In this document: one piece after another, positions 1 through 12,677 of the stretch | Layout of the letters: each line of letters starts with the position of its first letter | How positions within the stretch are numbered: the first letter of the stretch is position 1 | Assembly: GCA_964016885.1 (NCBI GenBank) | Contig: OZ024743.1 | Span: 122,078,001-122,142,000, forward strand | Source of the DNA: Eledone cirrhosa | Taxonomy: Eukaryota | Direction of reading: 5' to 3' | Length of the DNA: 64,000 nucleotides | The notes under the pieces: model-generated | The model's database searches: none | Seen by the model: only the letters and a program-made list of their open reading frames with translations | What the model was told of the DNA's origin: nothing | Position numbers and translations under genes: made by a program

Positions 1-335
1 GCCGCCACCCCCACCCCATCCACACCACCCCGTTCTATGTAAAGTTATGTTGGTGCCGCGCCATCCAGGCCGAAACAAATGAGATCGTGTAGGTGTCACG
101 ACAAAAAAACACACAGTCCACGCTGTAATGTGGCCGTGTAGGCAACACGGTAAAAACCTCCCAGACCCACACTGTAAATGTGGTTGGTGTTAGGAAGGGC
201 ATCCAACTGTAGAAAACCTGCCAGACAGTCCTATGCGAGCAAGACAATCACTCTTGCCTCAAGTGGGACTACCCCCGTCCAAACCCATGCAAGCGTGGAA
301 CACGGACGTTAAACGTTGATGATGATGATGATGAT
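1..335 (+). mobile_element. 3' UTR and (GAT)n tail of an RTE LINE, same family as 47868-50455
   Basis: Near-identical to the reverse complement of 47868-48210, which follows an RTE RT ORF. Ends ...GGACGTTAAACGTT(GAT)n and runs into a TA array. Confidence 0.9.
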
Positions 336-1661
<1,326 letters not shown>

Positions 1662-1663
<2 letters not shown>

Positions 1664-1824
1664 ATCTATCTAAGGCGGGTAAAATTCCCGAGATCCATGA
1701 ACGAGTTCTCTCCAGCGGTCTCTGTCCCTCATTATCGCTGCCATATCCTGCATCTCCAACAGACCAGTGTCTGTCCTTAGGCATCAACATATGTTAACCT
1801 TGGTCTTCCTCTTCTAGTGTGTCC

Positions 1825-1828
<4 letters not shown>
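1662..1828 (-). mobile_element. Short 3' fragment of an RTE-like LINE with (TAGA)n tail
   Basis: Minus strand reads approximately GRPRLTYVD...[12 protein letters not shown], the typical RTE C-terminal motif. Flanked by TA repeats on both sides. Confidence 0.65.
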
Positions 1829-1879
<51 letters not shown>

Positions 1880-2643
1880 CATATATATACATATATCTAA
1901 ACTACAGTAGGGACATTAAAGTGACTAAGTAAAGATTTTTTCCTTATCTTGTTTGTTTTCCCCATATATGATTTTATTGGGCTCTGAATCTGTTGATTTT
2001 ATTAACTCTTCTATGGAACCAAACTTAGTATCAATTGGACACTCTGTGTGTATCTATACTCTTGTAGAAAAAAAAATATATATATATATATATATACATA
2101 CATACATATGTGTGTGTGTGTCGATCTTGAACATGCTGTAAAGTAGTTGTTATTATGAAAGGCAACCAAGCCCAAAGGAAAGTGTATGAGTAAGATGTGT
2201 TTACCTGATCTGTTTAGCCTCATAAAGCAACAGCCTGTTTAACCCATGCAAGCATTAAAGACATTAAACGGTGATGAAATATTTCATCTCAACTGGAACT
2301 GCTCTTCTTAATATCATACTATAATACATCAAGGCAGAAAAAGATCCCACCAAATTTTAAAGGTCCCTTAACAAATTCCTCAAAGCAATTTTAGATAAAC
2401 TCCCTACACCTAGATGTTTCCACCAACAGTAACCCTTTACTTGAGTGGATCATGGTGTCCAAAACATGATTTGAAAGTCCTCACCAGTGGGTGCTATTAA
2501 GTTAGACATGGCCTGGGCCAATACTGGCCACAACCTATTTAAGTTATATATATATATATCCACCCACACACATGCATAATTATCTAAACATGTATGTATG
2601 CATACATTCATACATTCATACATACATTCTAATAGTGTATAGT

Positions 2644-2870
2644 GGAGGCACGTGGCCTAGTGGTAAGGGTGTAGAACTTACGATCATAATGTCGTGGGTT
2701 CGATTCCTGAGCTGGATTGCGCGTTGTGTTCTTGAGGAAAACACTTCATTTCACGTTGCTCCAATATACACAGCTGGCGTCCTGTCCAGTCTTGTACTCC
2801 CAGTCGCTTCACGCCATGAAACCGGGATAAGCACCGGGCTAACCAGCCTTCTGGTTTAAGACAGACTTTA
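2644..2870 (+). mobile_element. tRNA-derived SINE (Meta-like 3' domain)
   Basis: Pol III A box TGGCCTAGTGG and B box GGTTCGATTCC. Related copy at 25864-26128. Confidence 0.75.
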
Positions 2871-2974
2871 AACTTAGTTGTTAGAAGTAATAGAACACTG
2901 TTTACCACTTGCGGTAAAGAATATTAATAGTTACATAATTCAAAACATATACAACGTCTGATTATTATATATTG

Positions 2975-3251
2975 TTTGACACAAGTGAGAAGTAATGTTT
3001 TATTCTGATAATTATACTAATTAATATATTGTTTGCTAACAAAAATACACACATAGAGCGTGGCTCAAACGTCAATAGACTATTTTTTAAAATATTTTTT
3101 TTGATAAATAAAAGAATATATAATTAAGGTTTCATGAAGGTAGAGATATGTTGAATTTATCAATGTCCTCATTAGTACGTCTTTCATTATTTCATCTCAA
3201 CTAAAAGAATAATAGAGTCGCTGCTATTTGTGACTTTCGGACTACCCTGTA
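2975..3251. mobile_element. Probable Tc1/mariner-type non-autonomous element end
   Basis: Terminates ...ACTACCCTG|TA, resembling a CAGGGT-type TIR plus TA target. The other end was not identified. Confidence 0.35.
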
Positions 3252-3265
3252 CATACATACATACA

Positions 3266-3515
3266 TTGTTGGACCTCCGTCGGTTTCGACACGTGTTCCA
3301 GTAATTTAAAAAATGGAACAGCTGTTCGGTGAAATTAACATGTAGGTGGCTGAGCATTCCACAGAAGGTGTACCATTCAAGTAGTATTTAGGGAGATTTA
3401 GCGTGACACAGCTGGCCCCTTGAATCACAAAAGTAGAATACTCTCTCTCACGGTGAATGGACTAGAGCTACATGAAATAAAGTGTGTTGCTCAAGGATAC
3501 AATGTGCCACACGAT
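3266..3515 (-). mobile_element. SINE fragment (CORE-like segment plus cephalopod-type body)
   Basis: Reverse complement of 3460-3505 resembles the TTGTGTCCTTGAGCAAGACACTTTATTTCAC segment of the SINEs at 2644 and 8288. Confidence 0.55.
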
Positions 3516-3938
3516 CGTGTTAAACACACACACATGCATGCATGCACATACATACATACATATCGTATTACTGGAACAGTAAAAATATGTAAAACATAAA
3601 AAAAATTCTGCATAAACACTTTTACGGATACAAAGCATATGCACAAGCACACATACAACTCAAAACATCCACATCTACACATATAATAACATCCATACCT
3701 GCACACACATGCAGACATGCATACATATCTACCTAGTTGATGTTGTGTAAATTCCAATGAGAGAGTCTTGTATCTATGTTAGAAACCGACTCTCTCTCTA
3801 TTGGCAAAAAATTGTGAAATTATAAAACTAGAAGAACATACGTACAAACTCTAAGAGTATTGCAATCGCTTGTCAGATTCAGATGTGTGACGCTCGGATA
3901 TGGCTTTTCCATACATACATTCATTCATACATACCTAC

Positions 3939-3991
<53 letters not shown>

Positions 3992-4345
3992 CATACACAC
4001 ACGTGTGAGTCTTTGTAAAGAATTAAAAAATATATATGTGTTCAACACAATACATTTCAAACAGTAAAATCTAAAGCATAACACTGCGAACAATCCAATA
4101 AATAATATTGTAACATTAAAATAATATACTTTTCTGAATGAATCGCGAGCAATTTATAATGTTATCGAAGCATTTGTAATGTTATTTATGTATATATTTA
4201 AAGCATATTTGTTATGTTATTCTACTGTAAATTTATTCATATTTATATTTATATTTTCATTCTGAAAGAATTGCAAACGATTTGTAATGTTATTTATACA
4301 ACTATGAATAAAACTAGTATGTTAGAATATTTACAACCGCAACAT

Positions 4346-4530
4346 TAGGGTTTCCCAAACTTTTTCAAACGCGGAACCCTTTCTGGTTCAGAAACTTTTA
4401 GGGGAACACGAAAGTCTAATTACTATTACATGGTCGTAATATAAATATACTCCTCTACTTTTTTCACAGAACGCCAGACACTCCTTTGCGGAGCCCTTGA
4501 GTTCCGCGGAACCCACTTTAGGAACCACTA
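4346..4530. mobile_element. hAT-type MITE
   Basis: Imperfect TIRs TAGGGTTTCCCAAA / TTTAGGAACCACTA, subterminal GCGGAACCC motifs, degenerate 8-bp TSD ending ACAT. Confidence 0.6.
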
Positions 4531-4670
4531 GTCTACATGATAAAACATTGGAACAGTTAAAATTAGAAAAATTGTGCAAAACAACAAACAAACAAGCAAA
4601 ATACTGATACATGTATATATATAAATATATATATATATATATTTATATAGATATATTTCGAAGAAAAGGT

Positions 4671-4719
4671 GGTAGTGACTTCGAAGTTTGGGCTTTCAGA
4701 AGCCTCTTCAGATACATCC
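4671..4719 (-). ncRNA. Degenerate type I hammerhead ribozyme motif (PLE-type remnant)
   Basis: Minus strand CTGAAGA-GGCTT ctga AAGCC-CAAAC-TTCGAA-GTC. Stem II is intact and helix III is palindromic, but GAAA is mutated to CAAA and stem I is poor. Confidence 0.5.
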
Positions 4720-5647
4720 AATGTTTGATTTGTTCTTTGTATATTTGTACATAAAACAGCTTAATATATGTGTGCATGCCAGAGAGAGAGAGAGAGAGAG
4801 AAATAGAGAGAGAGAGAGAGAGAGAGAGTATGTGTGTGTGTGACTATGTGAATATATATTTCACTTCCTTCTTTTAATTTAATAATAGTTAATTCCTTCA
4901 GTTACAAAACATTTTTCCCACCAGATGTTAATAGTCAAGAAGGTACGAAATGAAAATCAGGAGAACAATTCCTCTATAAGTAAAAAAATAGCAACCCCAA
5001 ATAAAAGCAATTTAAAGTCTTGGACGATGAATGTGAAGTATTAATGTTTGATTAATGATTATTATGTTTCAGCAAACTTGGCAATGAAAACATATTTGTA
5101 CACAATTTCAGTTGTCAATATGGCAACATTCTTGTAATGTACAGTGAGTTCTTGGTAAGCATCGTTATATTGTTTTAAAAGGAAATATGGATGACGTTAT
5201 ATGTGGCTACTAAATCAACAAAGAAATAGAAAAGATCTCAATTTGAACATTCAGGTTTGATTGTAAAATCTCGCTTAAATCCTGTTATGAATTCGACGAA
5301 ATAATCAAAAACAATTTAATGAAACTACCAATAAACTGGTATTTCTGTTTATAATAATATGGAAATGTTATGTTTTTAAGTGTTATCCAAAATAAAATCA
5401 ATATGATATTTTATCGATTACAACTTCCCTTCACCTTTGACATCAGTTTAAAATCTGGAAGATAACATTCAGACAAACAATGAAGTTTTGATTTCTTACG
5501 ATAAACATTTGTTTTCGAAAAAATAAGAAAATTCAAATATCATTCCGGCAGATCATTGATGAAACAATTGTCAATATTAATGGTAAACTAAATTTACCAA
5601 TGATGAGTAACAGATTTCTTCCAGGGTCAGTTAAAATTTTAAATGAT

Positions 5648-6271
5648 TTATTCTTCGAAAACCTCAGTTTCTTCGTTGGTGATAGTTATATCTGGAATGG
5701 TAATAGAATCAACAGGGTTTTGATCCTCAATATTGACATCTGCTTCGCCTTGTTTTTCATGTATTTCTTTCTGCAGAGCAGAAGACTTCAATCTAAGAGC
5801 GCTCAGTCTCTCATTCACTTTCTGAAGATGGTCAACAGCGGAAGTGAGGCCTTCCGAAGCTGAAAAATCAGCATTTCCATTTTCTCTCATTCGCTTCAAT
5901 TCTTCCATGCGAGTTTTTGTGTAAGCTTCATTTCCAAAAAAGAGATTTTGGCGAGTTTTCGTGCAGTTATCAGGGCTAATATTGTAGAGTGGCGGAAGAG
6001 GTGACAATGCTCGGGGAACTGGAGAAGTAGCTCTCTCTTCTCGGTTCTTTTTTATTTCTTTCAGAGCTGCCATATCATTTTCCATTCGTTTCCCGTATTC
6101 ATCTAAATAAGTGAAATCTCCGTTCAATCCTATCTTTCTCACAGAGCGGGAATCATGGAATCGCCGTTCTCTAAGTCTTTCTAATCGTTTAATCCGTTGA
6201 AGGCTGTCCTTGTCACAGTTATCCGGCGGCGCTTTGTATTCATAATTAATTGCCAGTTGGAATTCAGACAT
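5648..6271 (-). CDS. Single-exon 207-aa protein of unknown function (charged, coiled-coil-like segment, acidic C-terminus)
   Basis: Uninterrupted non-repetitive ORF MSEFQLAINY...TEVFEE in a background where random ORFs are under about 100 aa. Protein-like composition, no TE motifs, followed by AT-rich unique 3' sequence. Confidence 0.65.
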   Translation of the reverse strand: MSEFQLAINYEYKAPPDNCDKDSLQRIKRLERLRERRFHDSRSVRKIGLNGDFTYLDEYGKRMENDMAALKEIKKNREERATSPVPRALSPLPPLYNISPDNCTKTRQNLFFGNEAYTKTRMEELKRMRENGNADFSASEGLTSAVDHLQKVNERLSALRLKSSALQKEIHEKQGEADVNIEDQNPVDSITIPDITITNEETEVFEE

Positions 6272-7390
6272 TCTTAATTTCAGGTGTTTGCTCCGGTAAC
6301 AACAAATTAGGAAAAAAACCAATAAAGTGGGAATAGAAGTCTTTGTAAATTATTATTATTATTTCCAGAAATGTTTCAGATGAGATTATCCAGGTAAAAG
6401 CTAGGAAATGAGTTACAAAAATGTCAGTTATACTCGCTGCGAGGTAAATATCAACTGCTATGAGAGACAAATGATTTAAAAATCAACTGACAGTATTAAA
6501 GTAGTGTTGCCAGTACAAATACGTGGCAAACGGCAAACTTGTTAGTCCGCTTTAGCATCAGCCGTAGGTTTTAATTAGATTCTAGTTTTCTTGAATTGCT
6601 TTTCTTTTTTCTTTTCTTTATTTCTCAGTAGGTTTTGCAGTTTTGAATAACATGCAGGCCTTGAGGGTGTAACGGGTATGTGGATGGTAACTAGTTTGTC
6701 AACAGTCTGCAATGTTACAGGTGTGTATGTGTGTGTGCAGAAGTAAGTGGGAAACGTGATTCAATCAAACAACCAACTAGCCTGCTCTGTTAAAACTTTC
6801 CAGGTCATCTATATGTGGGATGGCAAGGCAAAGAGAAAGAAAATTAGATAACAAAATACTGTGATGTGATTTTATGTTAAAAACAAAGTCGTTACCTACG
6901 GTGACTGAATTTAAATAACAAATGTCTATCATGTATGAGTGCTTGACTTTGAAAGTTTCCTTTGCTTGGGAACTGAATTATATTGTCTAGGAGGATCTTG
7001 ACGAAGTTTTAAAAACATAAAATAAACGTTACATACCAACAGCAGAGGGGTGAGATCATGTGGATAGGATAAACACAATGAAACAAAAATAAAACAATTA
7101 TAGTTTCCCTCTTTTCTCACAACTGTCATAGTTTCCTATGACGCAGCTTAACCTTTAGAAAACTAGGCTATGTTGGGTAAAAACAAATACTAAAATGATA
7201 AAAGCAATTTATAGGTAATATTAATACGACCAAGAAGTGTTCCTGAATTTAAAAAATGAGTAGGTATTACTGGGCATTGAGAAATATATGATTTCTATTG
7301 AGAAACTAAAACTTGAGTTATAAGTGTCCAATGAATAAAAAAAAAAAAAAAAAAAGATTGACATATATGTATTAAAGATAGTATATGTTG

Positions 7391-7903
7391 CTGGTTTAGT
7401 CGCCGACGACCGGACCTGTCGCATGGTCGAGTCGTCGGCGACTAAACCGGCAACCCCACCAAGTTTACTTGGTGAGGAGGGTGATTTTGGACACCCTGCA
7501 TGACAAAAAACAAAACCTGACAAAGGGTGGAAGAACTAATAAGGGTCAACGGCCATTCTAAAGTGTGTAAATATGTATATACACATATAGCGCGCGGTTA
7601 AACCACTGGGAGTGAAGGACCTCTAGCCTTTGTCAGGGCATTATTCTAGGAGAAGGCAACTCAGGAAACTGGGATAACTCCGATATAAAACCTGCGGCTC
7701 AGTAGTTACTGATGATGTTGATCTTTTCTTCTTTTCAGGTTATAGCTGCTGTTGCTCAGAGAGTGGGATTGGCTCAGTGCACAGTCTTTCCTCACTTTAA
7801 AAAATATCTTCATGCACAGGCGTTGCATGATAGAATTAATTAATAATTATTAATAATGGTATATCGTGCAATGGCCATACTTGATAACGAGGGGGCAGCC
7901 ATC
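7391..7903 (+). mobile_element. Non-autonomous bipartite RTE derivative (5' UTR joined to 3' tail)
   Basis: 7590-7850 matches the reverse complement of 38810-39065 (RTE 5' UTR). 7865-7903 matches the RTE 3' end at 34899-34937. ATATGTTG at 7383-7390 and 7904-7911 is a candidate TSD. Confidence 0.85.
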
Positions 7904-8287
7904 ATATGTTGTGTAGATTCAAAATCAGGTCGTAGAAATCAACATTAAATAATTGATAACCACCAAAGTTGTACTATTTGAAGTAGTTGTTATTTAACCC
8001 TAGGTCAATCCAGTTGTTCCCATCCTGGTATCAAAGAATACATGAACCTTTTCCTTCTTTAAGATGGTAAGGAATGATCTGAGGGAATTTGGCTGTTATA
8101 GCTATTGGCTTACATTTGAAATAATAGATTTGTTAGGCTAGCTAATTTTATACACCTGTTTTATTCATTAGTCCTATTTTCTTCATTACCTGTAATTTAG
8201 GTCAGTTGTTACATTAATTAGCATACATAAAAGTATGCTCATTAAGTTTTTTACACAGCTATTTTTTACACAGCTATTGTTCTTTAT

Positions 8288-8606
8288 GAGGCACATGGCT
8301 TAGTGGCCTTGCAATCGAAAGGTTGTGAGTTCAATTTTCAGACCGGGTGATGTGTTGTTTCCTTGAGCAAGACACTTTATTTCACATTACTCCAGTTTAC
8401 TCTGAGATGATAGGGACTGGGGGTCCATATCATTCCACTGCAAAGTGGTCGTGGAGGTGCCACGGCAAAAAAGCACCCAGCACTCACTGTAAATGAGGTT
8501 GGTGTTAGGAAGGGCATCCAGCTGTAGAAATCAAGCCAGAATGAGTTGCCGCCCCACCCTTGCAAGCAGGGAAAAAAGCGGACGTAAAATGAAATGATGA
8601 TGATGA
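8288..8606 (+). mobile_element. tRNA-derived SINE with RTE-type (GAT)n tail
   Basis: A box TGGCTTAGTGG, B box GAGTTCAATT. Tail CCCTTGCAAGCAGGG...GCGGACGTAAAATG(ATG)n is shared with the LINE at 43306-43783. Confidence 0.8.
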
Positions 8607-8649
8607 GGGAGAGAGTAGAAGGTTTCTAATTCCAGTTCAAGTCTTATCA

Positions 8650-9340
8650 TTTAGCTAAGCAATGTCCTACAGAGACACTTGAAACTTCAAGGAAGCCTGC
8701 ACAGTGCATACTTACATGTGAATGGAGTTCTACTGAAACAGGTAGAGAAGTTCAAATATCTTGGGGCCATGTTCACCAGTGATGGATGACAGGAGGCTGA
8801 ATTAATTGCAAAAGCTGTGTGCCAGTTTCAACATTTAGTAATCAGAAGAAGGGGGGGGGGGGCTAAAAGCCAAACTCACTAACTTCAATTTGGTTTTCAT
8901 GCCAACCCTTACCTATGGTCATGAATCTTGGGTAATGACCAAAAGAATACGATTCGATTGCGAATACAAGCAGCCGAAATGGGATTCCTTCGAAGAGTCT
9001 TTGGAGTAACATTACTCGATAGTGTGTGTAGCTTAGAGATCAGAGAGTCACTCCAGGTAGAGCTGCTACTTCTCTAAATTGAGAGATCACAGCTCCAATA
9101 CTATGGGAATGAGAAAGAACCACTGGACAGATTTTACAGGCAAAAACCAACTGGCAAGAAACCCAGGGGTAGACCCCAAGCAAGATGGTTGGATAACATT
9201 CATGAGCTTGGCTGGTCATGCTTGGGGATCCAGCCAGATCAGTTGGAGATGGTTGCCTCTGACAGGGGATGCTGGAAGGAGTGTTTGAGGACACTGGCCC
9301 ACTATCCGCTCAGGAATAAGTGGGCAAAGAAGAAGAAGAC
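8650..9340 (+). mobile_element. Degraded 3' part of an RTE LINE (RT end and C-terminal region)
   Basis: Translates in pieces to VEKFKYLG, PTLTYGHESW, AAEMGFLRR, IERSQL. Homologous copy at 24665-25060. Confidence 0.8.
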
Positions 9341-10139
9341 ATCAATAATAAAGGAATAGGGTTAGTATGTTAATCATAGGAGCATTACATAGCAACACAA
9401 CCATCAGATATGATGGTTAGCTGTGATATAAGTGGGCTTCTGCTGGACAAATAAGAAACTCTGGACCAAATAGTGGTAAGCTGGAGCAATAGGTGACACT
9501 GTTGGCTCTCAGGAAAACTCTCACGACCCAGTGATGTAGTTACGATGGGGCCAGTAAAGACCACCTCTAAAAAAGCCTAGTGTTAGTGAAAAAATTACCA
9601 AATTGGTGACTGACACAAATGACCACTAAAAGCTGCAGTGTGGTCAGACTGAATAAAAGCAATTATACCACTTCATCCTTCATGCAGGATAACAAGGGAT
9701 GCATTTTGGCCTTACATAGAGAGGCCCATTTAAAAAATATATTGCAACCTCTATTTAATGTCAAAAAGAGGGGCGATAGGCCTGAAACCTGTTCTTGGAG
9801 GCATGGGATGGACACACAAATGTTAGAGCAAATCAGCACTCAAAAATAATAAAGCATTCATCAAATTATTAGTGCTCCTACTATTTATTGTCTGTATTCA
9901 ATCCTTTTGATACCAACCTACCTAAAACTGAGCTGTCTTGGCTACAAACTTATGGCAACATTGCTTCTTTATTGCATTTTAGATGATTTTTCAAAATAGA
10001 TGTTAATTAGCAGAGGAGGGACATTGTTCTTACAGTTTACTCAAGATACTGATGCAGCTAATACATAGCCTAAACATCTGTAGGCCAATATCTACATAAA
10101 ATAAGTTATAAGAGCAGAGAACTGTAGAGTGACTTCTGC

Positions 10140-10334
10140 CAGGGTCAGATTAAACACTTTTGAGGACCTTAGCACTTAAAAGATTGATGCCCCCCCCCCC
10201 CCAACACACACACCACCACCATATATAAAATCAACAAAAAGATTTTTTTAAATGACAAATGCACTTAATTTGAATAACATGGTACCCCTCTTCCCTTAAT
10301 GTATTTATTTTGTTTAATACTTAATCCAACCCTG
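10140..10334. mobile_element. hAT-type MITE
   Basis: TIRs CAGGGTCAGATTAA / TTAATCCAACCCTG. Flanks ACTTCTGC and AACTCTGC form a 6/8 matching 8-bp TSD. Confidence 0.6.
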
Positions 10335-12509
10335 AACTCTGCCAATACCATACAAGGATCAGGTAGTGGTGGTGGAGGAGGTGTTAAATTAAGTGGCATG
10401 GTAGGTAACTAACATTTTATGTTATGTCAGTCTAACTGAATATTTTATGGATGCAGCATGGCCGAATACTTAAGGTATTCACTTTGCAATCATTAGGTCC
10501 CAGGTTCAATCAAGTGCAAGGGTTAATTTAATCAACTTTGCTCTTCCCCAAATTTGATGACCTTGTACCTAAATTAGAAATCAATATTTTTAGGTACACA
10601 GTACAGGTGTTCTTTGCACGGCCATCTATATTAAGAAAAAAAAAAAGCCTAGACACTGTTTTTGCACAGTGTTTCCTTCTTGGGAAATTTGTTTTAATGA
10701 AGTTTTGCTGGCTAAAAAGCTAAAGAACTCTTATCTAAAGTAATTATTTTTTACATGGGAGGTGTTGTGGTTCAATATCTAAAATTGTTTTCACTTTAAG
10801 AGGATACAAAATTATTTAATTTATCTAAGTTAATGCCCTGATCGGCCATTTTTTTTTTTTTTGGTATAGCACAATATCTTTTCAAATTTACTCAATACAG
10901 ATCTCATAAACAATACATTTTTTATCCAGTTTAGATTATCTAACTTCATTAATCCTTTCATTACCATATTTTTAATGAACGACTGTGTATGATTTTCAAA
11001 ATATGTTGAAAATAGTCAAGAATTTCAACTTTCTCATTATTAAGTTAGTTTTTGGAACAAAACTTAAAGGATTTTATATAGAATTATGATGGTAAGTTTT
11101 TAGATAGCTAGTTAAGCAATTCACTTTAAAATAAATAACTTTGTATTATAGAACCAAAGGCAGTTTCAGGTGGTTTGATATGAAAAAAGGTTAATTAGTA
11201 GTTAATAGATGTTTGAAGCTCCATCTGTTGCAATAGCAAAACAGTTTTAAGATTAATTCTCACATCACTCAATAACTTTTACAGGAGTTGACACAATTTA
11301 ATATTTGTAATATTTAACACACATACACACATAATCAATATCAGTTAACTAGTCACAGATCAAAAACAGACTTTAATTTGTTGTTTCAGTAAAGATGGAG
11401 CAATAAGATTTTTTGATAAGTGCTGCAGATTTTGTTTTATTCAATTTCAAATCAACATTTAAAGAATTTCTTATTAATAAGTTCTATTTGATCTATACTA
11501 CATTTTCATTACAATATATAAATGCTGTTGACTGTCGTTCTTATTCTGTTATTTTGGTACTAGAAAAAAAAAAATTGCTTTCATAGTTTGTTGCAAATTT
11601 GAGTTTATTATAGTACTATTTTTTGTTTGGCTGAAGAAGCATGCTTTGTTAAATCAGTTTTGTAGGTTTGTATGTAACACTACCACTTGGTCCTTGGTTG
11701 CCTTTCTTTAACAGAGCTCAATCTGTTGCAAACATTTCAGGACAGGTCACTTTTTTGAGGATATCTTCCTCCCTTATTCCTAACAATCTTGGAGGTCATG
11801 AAAAGAATTACATGTACACATGACTTGAAAATTGTTGGTCAGTTAGCCAGTTTTTGAAACTTTTTATCATACACAGATCCCTTTCTCATTGTATAAACAA
11901 GTGTAATTTTGGAATAGTGGAGGTATATTAAAAGAAAAAAAAACCAAAGACATTTAGCTTGATCTAACTAAATGGTGCAACTTTAACTTTATCAAAGTGA
12001 AAAGGGCACCATATACTCTAAAATCACCAGACATCCACTCAATGACTAAGTAATTGCTGCCAACAAATTTTTTTCTCAATTCATTATACCAGAATGCCTT
12101 TCCACTGTTACTTAACATGCTAGAAAAAGTAGTCAAATATTCCTCCATCTACAACCCACTATCTTAATTTGTTTACAAATTTTATTGTCTGGTCAAAGAT
12201 ATCATTAATATAAATTTTAATAAAAATAGAAAAGTAGCCCACATGCCATTTTTAAGTAGCCCAAATTAAAAAATAAAAGTAGCATGCAATCCTGAAAATT
12301 AATATAACCCACTAACCATAGCCAAATTTGGTAATCCTATGTTAGTGTCTAAAGATACATGCATGGTCCCATAACTCCTGAGGGTGTTGTAGGGGTGAAG
12401 TATTGACATACATCATTTCTAGGGCATTTTGAAACCTGGTAGAGTCCATCTCCTTTTCAAGTCTGAATACAGAAGTTTTCTTCAGAGAAGGATAGAGAGT
12501 GAGAGAATG

Positions 12510-12677
12510 TAAGTGAGAAAGAGATATAGAGGAAGTACTTGACTGGTACTTTTTTACCAACCTCAAACGAGTGAAAGGTAAAGTTGACCAAGACAGGATT
12601 TGAGCTCAGAGAGCCAAAACAAATACCACAAAGCATTCTATCTGCTGTTCTAATGACTTTTCCAATTCACTGCCTTT
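12510..12677 (-). mobile_element. Degraded SINE (Nin/Deu-like core family)
   Basis: Reverse complement resembles the SINE at 29487-29670 (GAGTTCAAATCC...CAACTTTGCCTTTCA...AAGTACCAGT). Confidence 0.6.

Noticed and set aside
2644-2712. tRNA genes at SINE heads (also 8288, 25864, 29487)
   Set aside because: A/B boxes are present, but there is no complete cloverleaf and each continues into a SINE body.
6500-6760. Possible first exon of a divergent plus-strand gene (AAGTAAGT donor-like site)
   Set aside because: No downstream exons or ORF support could be identified from sequence alone.
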